Source: Nocardioidaceae bacterium (GTDB lineage Bacteria; Actinomycetota; Actinomycetes; Propionibacteriales; Nocardioidaceae). From it: a stretch of DNA of 64,000 bases. The translations under genes and the position numbers were made by a program. Shown here in pieces: positions 7,961-17,720 of the stretch. Below the pieces are notes generated by a model. It saw nothing but the letters and a program-made list of their open reading frames with translations, made no database searches and was not told where the DNA came from. Every line of letters starts with the position of its first letter. Positions within the stretch are counted from its first letter, which is position 1. The stretch is from NCBI GenBank assembly GCA_047605165.1, contig JASGGG010000006.1:23-64022 (forward strand), written 5' to 3'.

Positions 7961-8111
7961 CGGGTGTATCGAGCCGGTTTCGGTCGTCGAGTGCGCCGAG
8001 CTTGCGAGGTGTGTATCGAGACGCCGACGTGATCTCGATACGCCCGCCTCGTTCCTCGCCGGGCACTCGATCGCCGGTTGCGTCCGGCTTGTTCCTCGAG
8101 GGGCACTCGAT
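7961..8111. repeat. intergenic repeat cluster (GTGTATCGAG x2, 9-bp inverted repeat, 21-bp direct repeat at 40-bp spacing)
   Basis: GTATCGAGA(11 nt)TCTCGATAC lies at 8013-8041. GTTCCTCGCCGGGCACTCGAT at 8051-8071 matches GTTCCTCGAGGGGCACTCGAT at 8091-8111 at 19 of 21 positions. Confidence 0.6.
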
Positions 8112-8136
8112 TCCGAGGTTTAATCGCAAGCTTGGG

Positions 8137-8958
8137 TCAGGCTGCGGCGACCTGCTGAGGCCGGGGGAAGTAGCCCCGGAGCTTGGCGGGTGCGGCGAAC
8201 GGTGTCCAGTTGGCGACGTCCACCGCGAGCCGGTCGAGCACGGCGTAGACGGCCGCTGGCTGCACGCCCATGCCGAGGTGGCTGGAGTAGACCTCGACGT
8301 TCTCGGTGAGTGGGCCGGCGGGGTAGACGCAAGCGTGCCAGTGGACGACGCCGTCACTGCGGCTGAAGATCGACGTCGTCGGGAGCTTGGGGCGCGCCGC
8401 GCGGCGCCACTTGTCGAACGCGAACTCCGCGAGGTGCAGCGCCTCGTGCTTCTCGTACTCGCTCTGGGCCCGCGACTGCCTGGGGCTGGTGATCGTCATC
8501 GGGCTGCCGAGCGTGATCAACCGGTCGACCAGGCCGACGTGCCGGCGAGCGAGCTCCGCACCCAGGAAACCCCCGAGGCTCTGCCCGATGACGCTCACCG
8601 GCTGATCGTGGCGGGAACTGATCGAGACGAGCAGCTCGTCGAGACCCGAGATGGCCTGCCGGGTCGGGCCGACGTTGGTGCCCAGACCCCATCCGTACGT
8701 GTTGTAGCCGACCTCGGTGAGCAGGCTCCGCAGGGGCTTGGTCGACCAGTCGCCCGCGTTCAGCCCGGGAATCACCAGGACCGGCCGGCCACCCCCGTCG
8801 CGGCCGTGCCGCAGCCATTCGCGCGCCGCGTAGAACCAGCCCAGCTCGCTCATCGCACGCCCGCCCTCGGTGAGCCCGAACAGCAACGGCGGCGGGACCT
8901 CGTGCGACCGGGTCATCGGAGGCAACCGCCAGATTCCGGCTTGAGGGGCTTGAAACAT
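8137..8958 (-). CDS. alpha/beta hydrolase
   Basis: RPVLVIPGLNAGD...VSVIGQSLGG (GxSxG). It is divergent from phaC, and the start is uncertain (8958 or internal). Confidence 0.7.
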   Translation of the reverse strand: MFQAPQAGIWRLPPMTRSHEVPPPLLFGLTEGGRAMSELGWFYAAREWLRHGRDGGGRPVLVIPGLNAGDWSTKPLRSLLTEVGYNTYGWGLGTNVGPTRQAISGLDELLVSISSRHDQPVSVIGQSLGGFLGAELARRHVGLVDRLITLGSPMTITSPRQSRAQSEYEKHEALHLAEFAFDKWRRAARPKLPTTSIFSRSDGVVHWHACVYPAGPLTENVEVYSSHLGMGVQPAAVYAVLDRLAVDVANWTPFAAPAKLRGYFPRPQQVAAA

Positions 8959-9049
8959 GACGATGGATTCATGTTTGCTGATACTACTAGCTGATGTGAT
9001 GGCTGTCACGAGCACTCCCTCGGCGCGGTCTGATCCTCGAGGAGATCCT

Positions 9050-10753
9050 ATGACCACTGGCGAAACCGCCCGCGATGTCCACGTGACCAGCTCGGCGGGC
9101 GCCGGCTTCGAAACGGTCGTCGCTGCCGCCGCCGCGCGCGGCGGCGGCGGGTACCTGCCCGTCAAGGAACTGATCGAGTTGCTCGAGGCGTTGCAGCGAG
9201 ACCCCGAGATGCTGCAACGTCACATCTCGGCATTCATGACCGACGCGATGTCGATCGCGATGAGCGCTGTGGCAGGGGCCCCCGTCCAGGACGACCGCTT
9301 CCGGGACAAGGCGTGGCAGGGCAATCCGGTGATGAGCAGCGTCGCGCGAAGCTACCTGGCCTGCTGCGACACGGTGATGGCGATCCTCGACGACGCGGAC
9401 CTGGAGTGGCGTACCCGGGAGCGGCTACGCGCGCCGATCGAGAACATCCTGGCCGGCCTGTCACCGACCAACAACCCGTGGACCAACCCGCAGGCGTGGC
9501 AGGAGTTCGTCGCCACCGACGGGGAGAGCCTGCGCCGCGGCCTGGCCAACCTCGCCAAGGACCTCGCCTCCCCGACCCGGCTCCCGGCGGGTGTGGATCG
9601 CTCCGCGTTCACGCTGGGCGAGAACATCGCCGCGACTCCGGGCAAGATCGTGCGGCGCGAGCGGCTGTACGAGCTGATCGACTACCTGCCTCGCACCGAC
9701 GTCGTCGACGAGATCCCGGTGCTGATGGTCCCGTCTCCGGTCAACAAGTACTACCTGCTCGACCTCGAACCGGAGAAGTCGATCGTGGGTGCTCACCTCG
9801 ACCGGGGCCGGCGCCTGTTCGTGCCGTCGTGGGTCCAGCCGGACTACACACATGCCGACGTCGGGTTCGACGCCTACGTCGAGGCGCTCGTCGAGGCGCT
9901 CGAGACGGTCGCGGAGATCACCGGTCAGGATCGAGTGCATCTGCTCGGGCTCTGCGGCGGCGGGCAGATCGTGCTGATGACCGCCGCCTACCTGGCAGCG
10001 ATCGACCGGCAGGATCTACTCGCGACACTCACGATCGGCATCGCCGTGGTCGACTTCCACGAGGCACAGTCGATGGTGTTCCTCGACGAGGAGACGGCAG
10101 AGCTGGCTATCGCGCAGGCCAAGAAGGAGGGCGTCTTCAGCGCGGTCGACACGGCACGCTCGTTCGCGCTGATGCGGCCGATCGAGGGGGTGTGGAACGG
10201 CGTGGTCAACAACTACGTGCTCGGCAGAACCCCCCCGGCGGTAGCGCTGCTGTACTGGGCGGCCGACCAGACCAACATGGCCGCGCGGTTCGGCGAGGAC
10301 ATGATCCGCACGGGGCTCAGCAACGGCCTGACCAAGCCCGGCGGCGTGACAGTTCTGGGCCAGCCGCTCGACACCCGCAAGATCACCGTCGACACCTATG
10401 TGCTGGGCGCATCCACCGACCACATCTCACCGTGGAAGCACTGCTATCGCACGCTCGACATGGTCGGTGGCGACCGGACCTTCGTGCTCGCCAACGGTGG
10501 CCACGCGATCGCGATCTCCCGGCCGCACGACCACCCGAAGAGCTGCTACTGGACCGGTGCGGTGACGGGGACTGACCCCGACAGCTGGCTGGCGGCCGCC
10601 GAACAGCACCAGGACAGCTGGTGGAACCACTGGACCGCCTGGATCGAAGAACGCACCCCGCAGAAGGTGCCGGCCCCGGAGAAGCCCGGCAGCCGGAAGC
10701 ATCCGGTCCTGGGGGACGCGCCGGGCGAGTACGTCAAGGCCGTCTTCGCCTGA
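9050..10753 (+). CDS. phaC: class I poly(R)-hydroxyalkanoate synthase
   Basis: DRFRDKAWQGNP...NNPWTNP...PVLMVPSPVNKYYLLDL...lipase-box GLCGGG...TDHISPW. A GGAG RBS precedes the ATG at 9050. Confidence 0.85.
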   Translation: MTTGETARDVHVTSSAGAGFETVVAAAAARGGGGYLPVKELIELLEALQRDPEMLQRHISAFMTDAMSIAMSAVAGAPVQDDRFRDKAWQGNPVMSSVARSYLACCDTVMAILDDADLEWRTRERLRAPIENILAGLSPTNNPWTNPQAWQEFVATDGESLRRGLANLAKDLASPTRLPAGVDRSAFTLGENIAATPGKIVRRERLYELIDYLPRTDVVDEIPVLMVPSPVNKYYLLDLEPEKSIVGAHLDRGRRLFVPSWVQPDYTHADVGFDAYVEALVEALETVAEITGQDRVHLLGLCGGGQIVLMTAAYLAAIDRQDLLATLTIGIAVVDFHEAQSMVFLDEETAELAIAQAKKEGVFSAVDTARSFALMRPIEGVWNGVVNNYVLGRTPPAVALLYWAADQTNMAARFGEDMIRTGLSNGLTKPGGVTVLGQPLDTRKITVDTYVLGASTDHISPWKHCYRTLDMVGGDRTFVLANGGHAIAISRPHDHPKSCYWTGAVTGTDPDSWLAAAEQHQDSWWNHWTAWIEERTPQKVPAPEKPGSRKHPVLGDAPGEYVKAVFA

Positions 10754-10785
10754 GCCTCTCAGGTGCCGGACGAGGAGAGGAGTCG

Positions 10786-11457
10786 GTGGTGAACCGAGGG
10801 GCTCCGGCGGCCGTGGGTCCGGGGCTCGCGGATGCCTCCTTGCTCCGTGAGCCGCCGCGTACGCCTCGAGGCGCACGCCGGAAGGCAACGCTGGTCGCCG
10901 CCGCCCGGACCGTCTTCGAGCGCGACGGGTACGTCGATGCGCGGGTCGCCGACATCACCGCCGAGGCCGGCTGCGCGACCGGTTGCTTCTACCTCTACTT
11001 CGCGACCAAGGAGGAGATCCTGCATGCCGTCCTCGACTCGGTGCAGGACGACATGTTGCATCCGGGTCTCGGCCCCGAACTGGCCGCGGCCCACGCGCCG
11101 CCGTACACGACGATCGAGGCCGGCATCCGGGCGTACCTGTTGGCCTACCAGCGCCATGCCCGGCTGATGGGCCTGCTCGAGCAGATCGCGGCGGTCGACC
11201 CGCGTTTCGCAGAGTTCCGGCTGGCTCGCAGCAGGGCGTTCGTGGAGCGCAACGCCCAGGTCATCGCGAGTCTGCAGGCCAAGGGCCAGGCCGACGGCGA
11301 CGTCGATCCACTCCAGATCGCGCCGGCACTCTCGGCGATGGTCAGCCGTCTCGCCTACCAGGCCTTCTGCATCGAGCGGGGCTCCGTTGTCCTCGATGTG
11401 CTTGTCGAGACCTGTACGACGATCTGGGCGAAGACGCTGGGGCTCTCACGCGACTGA
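10786..11457 (+). CDS. TetR family transcriptional regulator
   Basis: RKATLVAAARTVFERDGYVDARVADITAEAGCATGCFYLYFATKEEIL. GTG start with a GGAGAGG RBS. Confidence 0.85.
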   Translation: MVNRGAPAAVGPGLADASLLREPPRTPRGARRKATLVAAARTVFERDGYVDARVADITAEAGCATGCFYLYFATKEEILHAVLDSVQDDMLHPGLGPELAAAHAPPYTTIEAGIRAYLLAYQRHARLMGLLEQIAAVDPRFAEFRLARSRAFVERNAQVIASLQAKGQADGDVDPLQIAPALSAMVSRLAYQAFCIERGSVVLDVLVETCTTIWAKTLGLSRD

Positions 11458-11530
11458 GGAAGTTACATGCGTGTAGTTCTCCACAAGGTAATCCCCACCT
11501 GTGGGTAGCCGCGGGTCAGGGTGGGAGCGG

Positions 11531-11950
11531 CTACTCCCACTTGGTGGCGAAGATGAATCCGGTGGCGATGAAGCCGATCCCGACACCGAGGTTCCACTGG
11601 CCGAGGTCGGACAGCAGCGGGAAGTTCGCGGAGTTCGCGGTGAAGTAGTAGAGGACGATCCAGGCCAGGCCGAGCAGGAAGCAGCCGAGCATCCCGATCA
11701 CCACGCCGCGGCCACGGCCCAGCGGAGCGTTGCGCGCGGAGGCGACCAGCAGGGCGAGAATGACCAGGCCGAAGCCGATCAGCCAGTTCCAGTCGCCCAG
11801 GTCGTACATCCAGCTGATCTTGTCGTCAATGCCCTTGACGTCGTACACCACGACCCAGGCAATGCCCACCAGCGCCAACAGCGCGGCAATCGCAGTGCGC
11901 GGGATGCTCAGCTTGTCGGGGGCCGAAGCTACTGGGTTTCGGTTGGACAC
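11531..11950 (-). CDS. crgA: cell division protein CrgA, unusually long (139 aa, apparent internal duplication giving 4 TM)
   Basis: It has the typical C-terminal ...GFIFATKWE and conserved synteny position. The two halves share G(I/L)AW(V/I)V(V/L)Y and DLG(D/Q)WN motifs. Confidence 0.8.
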   Translation of the reverse strand: MSNRNPVASAPDKLSIPRTAIAALLALVGIAWVVVYDVKGIDDKISWMYDLGDWNWLIGFGLVILALLVASARNAPLGRGRGVVIGMLGCFLLGLAWIVLYYFTANSANFPLLSDLGQWNLGVGIGFIATGFIFATKWE

Positions 11951-12026
11951 GATGACTCCTCAGCCGGTTGGGCAGTTCTCGCAGGCGCGGGTTGTGACCG
12001 CGCGCGCCTCGGCTAGCGTAGTCGGC

Positions 12027-12863
12027 GTGACCGAGCCCACGAGTCACCGGGAGCAGCCCGGTGCGGCGCCCCGCTGGCGGGTGCGGATCGGCGAGGCATT
12101 GCGGCACCGGCACTCCGAGCGGGGCCGCCGGCCGGCCCTCTGGCGGCTGCTCACCCCCGCCGTGTTCGTGCTCGCGGGGGTGCTGTTCGTGACCAGCGCG
12201 GTCAGCAGTGAGGGCACCGATCTGCGCCCCAGCCGCTACCAGGACCTCGCCGACCTGGCCGACAAGCGGTCCGACTCGCTCGCCGAGCTCAACGCCGAGC
12301 TGGCGCGGTTGCGTGAGCAGGTCGACGAGCTCACCGCCGGGGTGCAGAGTCAGGAGCTCACCCAGGCTCAGGCCAAGCTGCACCAGGCCCGGATCGCCGC
12401 CGGAGTCGAGGCCGTCACCGGTCCGGGGCTCCAGGTCACCCTGGACGACGCCCCTGCGACGATGCTGGACGACGACGAGGACGACGTCAGCCTGAAGCTC
12501 GTGCACCAGCAGGACATCCAGGCGGTCGTGAATGCGCTGTGGGCCGGCGGCGCGGAGGCCATCACCCTGCAGGGACAGCGGATCACCTCGACCAGCGGCA
12601 TCAAGTGCGTGGGCAACAGCGTGCTGCTGCAAGGCGTGGCCTACCCACCGCCGTACGTCATCGCCGCTATCGGCGACCATGACCGGCTCCAGGCAAGCCT
12701 CGACACCGACCCGGCCGTGCAGCTCTACGCGCAGGACGCGGAGCGCTACGACATGGGGTACGACGTCACCGTCGAGGACAAGCTGGAGTTCTCGGCCTAC
12801 AACGGCTCCCTGGACACCCGCTACGCCCAAGTCCTGCCGACGCCGAACCCCAAGGATCTCTAG
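12027..12863 (+). CDS. DUF881 domain protein (Rv0012-like, division-associated)
   Basis: TM, coiled coil, then VTGPGLQVTLDD...VHQQDIQAVVNALWAGGAEAITLQGQRI...PPYVIAAIGD. Confidence 0.8.
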   Translation: MTEPTSHREQPGAAPRWRVRIGEALRHRHSERGRRPALWRLLTPAVFVLAGVLFVTSAVSSEGTDLRPSRYQDLADLADKRSDSLAELNAELARLREQVDELTAGVQSQELTQAQAKLHQARIAAGVEAVTGPGLQVTLDDAPATMLDDDEDDVSLKLVHQQDIQAVVNALWAGGAEAITLQGQRITSTSGIKCVGNSVLLQGVAYPPPYVIAAIGDHDRLQASLDTDPAVQLYAQDAERYDMGYDVTVEDKLEFSAYNGSLDTRYAQVLPTPNPKDL

Positions 12864-12881
12864 CCTTCTTGGACCTCGCTG

Positions 12882-12972
12882 CCGGATTGTGGCCGATGCC
12901 GGCAACCAAAGCCGGGTTGTGGCCGATGGCGGCCGTGACACGCCGGGGTGCGTTGCCACCATCGGCCACAAA
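12882..12972. repeat. intergenic structured repeat, copy B of the TGTGGCCGATGG family
   Basis: Modules at 12882-12902, 12917-12929 and 12952-12971. It lies between the convergent DUF881 and pknB genes. Confidence 0.7.
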
Positions 12973-12998
12973 CCCGCGTCGTTCGATGGGTGTGTCTG

Positions 12999-14759
12999 CT
13001 ACTCCCCGTCGTCATCGACGGTCGGTGTCTCGGTGGGTGTCTCCGTCGGTGTCTCGGTCGGTGTCACGGAGGGTGTCGGTGTGGGCACATACGTCGACAC
13101 GACCAGCACGATCGTGGTGCCCTTCTCCTGCTTGGTGCCGGCGCCCGGGGTCTGCGACAGCACCTCTCCGGCCGTCGCTTCGGTGGTGGCATCTTCCACG
13201 GTCTGGACGTTGAAGCCGGCATTGTCGAGCGTCTCGGTGGCGTCGTCGATGGTCATGCCGACGACCTTCGGCACCTCGATCGGGCCGGTCGCCCAGTAGA
13301 CCTTGACCAGCTTGCCGACCTGGTACGAGGTACCGGCGACCGGGTCGGTGGCCACCACCGTGTCGGCATCGGCGCCTGGCTGGTCTCGCTGGATCAGCTT
13401 GACCCTGAAGCCCAGTGCTATCAGCTGCGCTTCGGCGGCCTCCTTGTCCTTGCCGAACAGCGGCGGAATCTGCTCCTCCTCCGGGCCCGTCGACACCACG
13501 ACGTTGACGGCGGTGCCGGGCGCGACTTCCTCCAGCGGATCGGGATCCTGGGAGATGATCTTGCCCTTCTCGACATCCGCGCTGGCCTGCTCGGTCTGCT
13601 CGCCCAGCTTCAGGTCCCGTGCCTTGAGCTCGGCGGTGGCCTCCTTGACGGTCAGGTTGGTGATGCGGGGGACCTCGCTCCGCTCCGCCGGCGAGTTGAA
13701 CATCTGGGCGCCGAACGCGACCGCCGCGCCGAGCAGTGCCACGATCACCACGCCCATCAGGATCAGCGGCCACTTCTTGCGCCGAGGCTCGTCTTCGTCC
13801 TCGTCGAGGGAGCCGAACATGGCAGTCGGTTCCTCGGGCAGCTGTTCGACCATCGGCGGCGCGACCGGCGCCGGGGCGGTGACGGGTTTGCCCTCCAGGA
13901 AGCGGGTGATGTCGGCACGCATCGCGGCGGCACTCTGGTAGCGCTCCCCGATCGGTTTGGCCAACGCCTTCATCACGATCGCGTCGATCTCCGGCGGGAT
14001 CGAGTCGTCGATCGACGACGGCGGCTTGGCTTGCTCGCGTACGTGCTGGTAGGCCACCGACACCGGGCTGTCCCCGACGAACGGTGGCCGTCCGGTCAGC
14101 AGCTCGTACAGCAGGCATCCGGCGGAGTAGACGTCGCTGCGGAAGTCGACGGTCTCCCCGCGCGCCTGCTCCGGGGAGAGGTACTGCGCGGTGCCGACGA
14201 CCGCCGCGGTCTGGGTCATCGCCGACGAGGTGTCGGCCAGCGCCCGGGCGATGCCGAAGTCCATCACCTTCACGTCGCCCGAGGGAGTGAGCATCACGTT
14301 GGCAGGCTTGATGTCACGGTGGATGATGCCCGCGCGGTGGGAGTAGTCGAGCGCGGAGAGGACGCCGGACGCGATCTCCAGCGCCCGCTCCGGAAGCACC
14401 CGGCGACCCTCGCGCAGGATCTGGCGCAGCGTACGCCCGGGGACGTACTCCATGACGATGTAGGGATGCGGGTGCCCGTCGGGCCCGATCTCCTCACCGG
14501 TGTCGTAGACCGCGGCGATGGCCGGATGGTTGAGCGAGGCCGCCGACTGTGCCTCCCGGCGGAACCGGGTCTGGAACGTCGGGTCGTCGACGAGGTCGCC
14601 GCGCAGCCGCTTGATCGCCACCACCCGGCTCAGCCGGATGTCGGTGCCCTTGCGCACCTCGGCCATGCCGCCGCGGCCGAGCAACTCGCCGACCTCGTAG
14701 CGACCGCCGAGCACAGTCGGCCCAGTCGTTCCCTGCGGGCCACCAGCGTTCTCAGTCAT
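12999..14759 (-). CDS. pknB: Ser/Thr protein kinase with extracellular PASTA repeats
   Basis: GRGGMAEVRKG, HRDIKPANVM, DFGIA and SPEQ motifs, then a TM segment and PASTA repeats. The C-terminal tail is a TPTE repeat. Confidence 0.95.
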   Translation of the reverse strand: MTENAGGPQGTTGPTVLGGRYEVGELLGRGGMAEVRKGTDIRLSRVVAIKRLRGDLVDDPTFQTRFRREAQSAASLNHPAIAAVYDTGEEIGPDGHPHPYIVMEYVPGRTLRQILREGRRVLPERALEIASGVLSALDYSHRAGIIHRDIKPANVMLTPSGDVKVMDFGIARALADTSSAMTQTAAVVGTAQYLSPEQARGETVDFRSDVYSAGCLLYELLTGRPPFVGDSPVSVAYQHVREQAKPPSSIDDSIPPEIDAIVMKALAKPIGERYQSAAAMRADITRFLEGKPVTAPAPVAPPMVEQLPEEPTAMFGSLDEDEDEPRRKKWPLILMGVVIVALLGAAVAFGAQMFNSPAERSEVPRITNLTVKEATAELKARDLKLGEQTEQASADVEKGKIISQDPDPLEEVAPGTAVNVVVSTGPEEEQIPPLFGKDKEAAEAQLIALGFRVKLIQRDQPGADADTVVATDPVAGTSYQVGKLVKVYWATGPIEVPKVVGMTIDDATETLDNAGFNVQTVEDATTEATAGEVLSQTPGAGTKQEKGTTIVLVVSTYVPTPTPSVTPTETPTETPTETPTVDDDGE

Positions 14760-14814
14760 CCTCGTTCGCTCATCTCTGGGCTTGTCCTACTCATCGGGAC
14801 CCACTCGTCGGGGT

Positions 14815-16281
14815 TCACTTGTCCAGCACCGCTTCCATCACGGCCTTGGCGATCGGCGCGGCCAGGCCGCTGCCCGAGATCTGGTCGCGGTCCACGCCGG
14901 CGTCCTGCACCAGCACGGCCACCGCGACCTTCGCCTCGTCGGCGGGCGCGAAGGAGACGAACCAGGCGTACGGCGGGCGGTTCTTCGCGCTCTGCGCGGT
15001 GCCGGTCTTGCCGGCCACGCGTACGCCCGAGATCTGGGCGGTGGTGCCGGTGCCCTGGTCGACCACCGACACCATCATCTGGATCAGGTCGGTCGCCGAA
15101 GCCCGGCTCATCGCCCGCTTCCCCGGCAGTGGCTCGGGGTCGGTCTTGGCCAGCACCGACAGGTCGGGCGCACGCTCCTCCTCGACGAGGTACGGCTTCA
15201 TCACCTCGCCGTAGTTGGCGATCCCGGCGCCGACCATCGCCATCTGCAGCGGCGTCGCGGCCACGTTGTACTGCCCGATTGCCGACAGCGCGGTCTGGGG
15301 CTTGTCGAGCTTCTCGGGGAACACACTCTGTACCTGGCCGTTGAGGTCGTCGAGGTAGTGCTGGTCGAAGCCGAACGCCTCGGCCTGTTCGCGCAGCACC
15401 TTGTCGCCCAGGTCGAGGCCGATCGACCCGAACGACACGTTGCACGACACGTCCAGCGCCTGGGTCAGCGTGATCGGGTCGCCACCGCAGGTGCCGCCGT
15501 TCTCGTTGACCAGGTCGACCGTAGTCTGGGGCAGGTCGAGCTGTGCGCCACCCTTGACCTTCGTGGTCGGTGTGTAGCCGTGCTGCAGCGCCGCGGCGGC
15601 GGTGACCAGCTTGAAGGTCGACCCAGGTGGCAGCCGCAGCTGGATGCCGCGGTTCATCAGCGGCTCGTCGGCATCCGTGGTCAGCCGCTTCCAGTTCTTC
15701 TCTACCGAGGACAGGTCGTGACTGGCCAGCAGCCGGGGGTCGTACGTCGGTGACGAGACCATGGCGAGGATGCGTCCGGTCGCGGGCTGGATCGCGACCA
15801 CGGAGGCCTTCACGCCGGAGCCGAGCTTCCGGATTCCGTCGTAGGCTGCCGTCTGCGCGGCCGGGTCGATCGTCAGCGTGACCGACCCGCCCTTGGTCTG
15901 GCGATCCTTGACCAGGTCGGTGACCCGGTTGACGAACAGCCGGGAGTCGCTGCCCGACAGCACCGTGTTCTTGGTCTGCTCCACGGCGTTGCGACCGTAG
16001 AGGTAGCTGAACCAGCCGGTGACCTGGGCGTACTTGAAGGGCTGTGGGTACTTGCGCTGGAACTTGAACCGGTCCTTGGCCGGCACGCTCTGCGCGACGG
16101 CGTCTCCGGAGACGATGATCGCGCCGCGCTGGCGGGAAAACTCGGCATCGGTCACCCGGCGGTTGTCGGGGCGGTCGTTGAGGCTCGCGGCCTTGAAGTA
16201 CTGCAGGTAGGTGGCGTTGAGCAGCAGCGCGAAGAACATCAGTGCGCACACCACGGCGACGACGCGGATCGGGCGGTTCAC
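14815..16281 (-). CDS. pbpA: class B penicillin-binding protein (transpeptidase)
   Basis: N-terminal TM, PPGSTFK (SxxK), SCN and KTGTA motifs. It follows rodA in the conserved cluster. Confidence 0.93.
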   Translation of the reverse strand: MNRPIRVVAVVCALMFFALLLNATYLQYFKAASLNDRPDNRRVTDAEFSRQRGAIIVSGDAVAQSVPAKDRFKFQRKYPQPFKYAQVTGWFSYLYGRNAVEQTKNTVLSGSDSRLFVNRVTDLVKDRQTKGGSVTLTIDPAAQTAAYDGIRKLGSGVKASVVAIQPATGRILAMVSSPTYDPRLLASHDLSSVEKNWKRLTTDADEPLMNRGIQLRLPPGSTFKLVTAAAALQHGYTPTTKVKGGAQLDLPQTTVDLVNENGGTCGGDPITLTQALDVSCNVSFGSIGLDLGDKVLREQAEAFGFDQHYLDDLNGQVQSVFPEKLDKPQTALSAIGQYNVAATPLQMAMVGAGIANYGEVMKPYLVEEERAPDLSVLAKTDPEPLPGKRAMSRASATDLIQMMVSVVDQGTGTTAQISGVRVAGKTGTAQSAKNRPPYAWFVSFAPADEAKVAVAVLVQDAGVDRDQISGSGLAAPIAKAVMEAVLDK

Positions 16282-17720
16282 GGCACCACCACGACCTGGG
16301 TCTCGTCGTCCGATCCTTCGAGGGAGCGAGCATCGGGATCGGCTGGCTCGCTGGCACCGGCGATCGGGGTCAGGTCGAGCGGGGTGAGATCGGGCGGTGG
16401 CCGGCGCGCATGGTCGGAGATGCGCAGCAGCAGCGCGAGCACGACCCAGTTCGCGACCAGGCTGGAGCCGCCGTAGGACAGGAACGGTGTGGTCAGGCCG
16501 GTCAACGGGATGAGCTTGGTGACGCCGCCGACGACCACGAACACCTGCAGAGCGATCACCACCCCGAGGCCGGTCGCGAGCAGCTTGCCGAAGTTGTCGC
16601 GACAGATCAGCGCGGTGCGCAGGGCGCGCTCGACCAGCAGGCCGTAGAGCAGGATGATCGCGATCAGGCCGGTCAGGCCCAACTCCTCAGCGAACGCGCC
16701 GACGATGAAGTCGCTGTAGGCGAAGGGGATCTTGTCGGGTGAGCCCATGCCCAGGCCGCGGCCGAGGAGGCCACCCCACGCCATCCCGTACAGGGACTGG
16801 ATGATCTGGGTGAACACGTCCGGTTCCGCCCACGGGTCGAGCCAGCCGTCGACCCGCCTCTGCACGTGTCCGAACTGGGTATACGCCGCGAATGCGCCGA
16901 GCAGGAACAGAAGCGCGCCGACCACCAGCCAGCCGGGCCGCTCGGTCGCGACGTACAACATGATCACGAACAGCCCGAAGAACAGCAGACTCGAGCCGAG
17001 GTCACGCTGCCCGACCAGGATCACCATGCTGGCCGCCCACATCAGCAGCAGCGGCCCGAGGTCGCGGGCGCGGGGCAGGTCGATGCGGAGTACGCGGTGG
17101 CCGGCCAGGGCGAGCGCGTCGCGGTGCACCACCAGATAGCCGGCGAAGAACACGACCAGCAGCACCTTCGCGGCCTCACCGGGCTGGAAGCTGAAGCCGC
17201 CGATGCCGATCCAGATGCGGGCGCCGTGGATGGACTTCCCGATGCCCGGCAGCATCGGCACGATCAGCAACACGATGGAGGCCAGACCACAGGTGTACGT
17301 CGCGCGCGTGAGGAAGCGGTGGTCGCGCAGGATCAGCAGTACCCCGACGAACAACACCACGCCGACGGTCATCCATTGCAGTTGCTTGGCCGCCAGGTGC
17401 CCGACGCCGGGCATGTCGGTGAGGTCGAGGCGGTGGATCATCGCCAGGCCCATCCCGTTGAGGGCGGCCGCGATCGGCAGGATCACCGGGTCGCTGTAGG
17501 GCGCGACCCAACGGATCGTGATGTGGCAGGCGAGCAGCAGCCCGGCCAGCCAGAGCCCGTAGTTGACGATGTTGGCAGGGACCTGGTCCTGCGCGCCCAT
17601 GCCGACGGCGGCGTACGCTCCGATGCCGACGACCAGGCTCTCGACCAGCAGGAACAACTCGGCACCGCGCCGACGGCGGTGGACGAACCCGGTGCGTTGG
17701 GTGGGCGACGCGGTGCTCAT
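16278..17720 (-). CDS. rodA: FtsW/RodA/SpoVE family peptidoglycan polymerase
   Basis: Polytopic membrane protein ending ...TGLTTPFLSYGGSSLVANW. Its stop overlaps the pbpA start. Confidence 0.93.
   Translation of the reverse strand: MSTASPTQRTGFVHRRRRGAELFLLVESLVVGIGAYAAVGMGAQDQVPANIVNYGLWLAGLLLACHITIRWVAPYSDPVILPIAAALNGMGLAMIHRLDLTDMPGVGHLAAKQLQWMTVGVVLFVGVLLILRDHRFLTRATYTCGLASIVLLIVPMLPGIGKSIHGARIWIGIGGFSFQPGEAAKVLLVVFFAGYLVVHRDALALAGHRVLRIDLPRARDLGPLLLMWAASMVILVGQRDLGSSLLFFGLFVIMLYVATERPGWLVVGALLFLLGAFAAYTQFGHVQRRVDGWLDPWAEPDVFTQIIQSLYGMAWGGLLGRGLGMGSPDKIPFAYSDFIVGAFAEELGLTGLIAIILLYGLLVERALRTALICRDNFGKLLATGLGVVIALQVFVVVGGVTKLIPLTGLTTPFLSYGGSSLVANWVVLALLLRISDHARRPPPDLTPLDLTPIAGASEPADPDARSLEGSDDETQVVVVP

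Noticed and set aside
6178-8106. 642-aa minus-strand ORF
   Set aside because: It runs antisense through ppiA and the rhomboid gene with low-complexity R/G/D/A composition. Only its final 75 codons (6178-6405) look like a real small membrane protein.
8957-9049. Upstream extension of phaC from the first ATG in the ORF
   Set aside because: That ATG overlaps the divergent hydrolase start region. The ATG at 9050 has a GGAG RBS, and PhaC homology begins after it. The extension is possible but less likely.
12948-15344. 798-aa + strand ORF opposite pknB/pbpA
   Set aside because: This is an antisense shadow of two strongly supported conserved genes. Its composition is dominated by R/G/L/D with no motifs.
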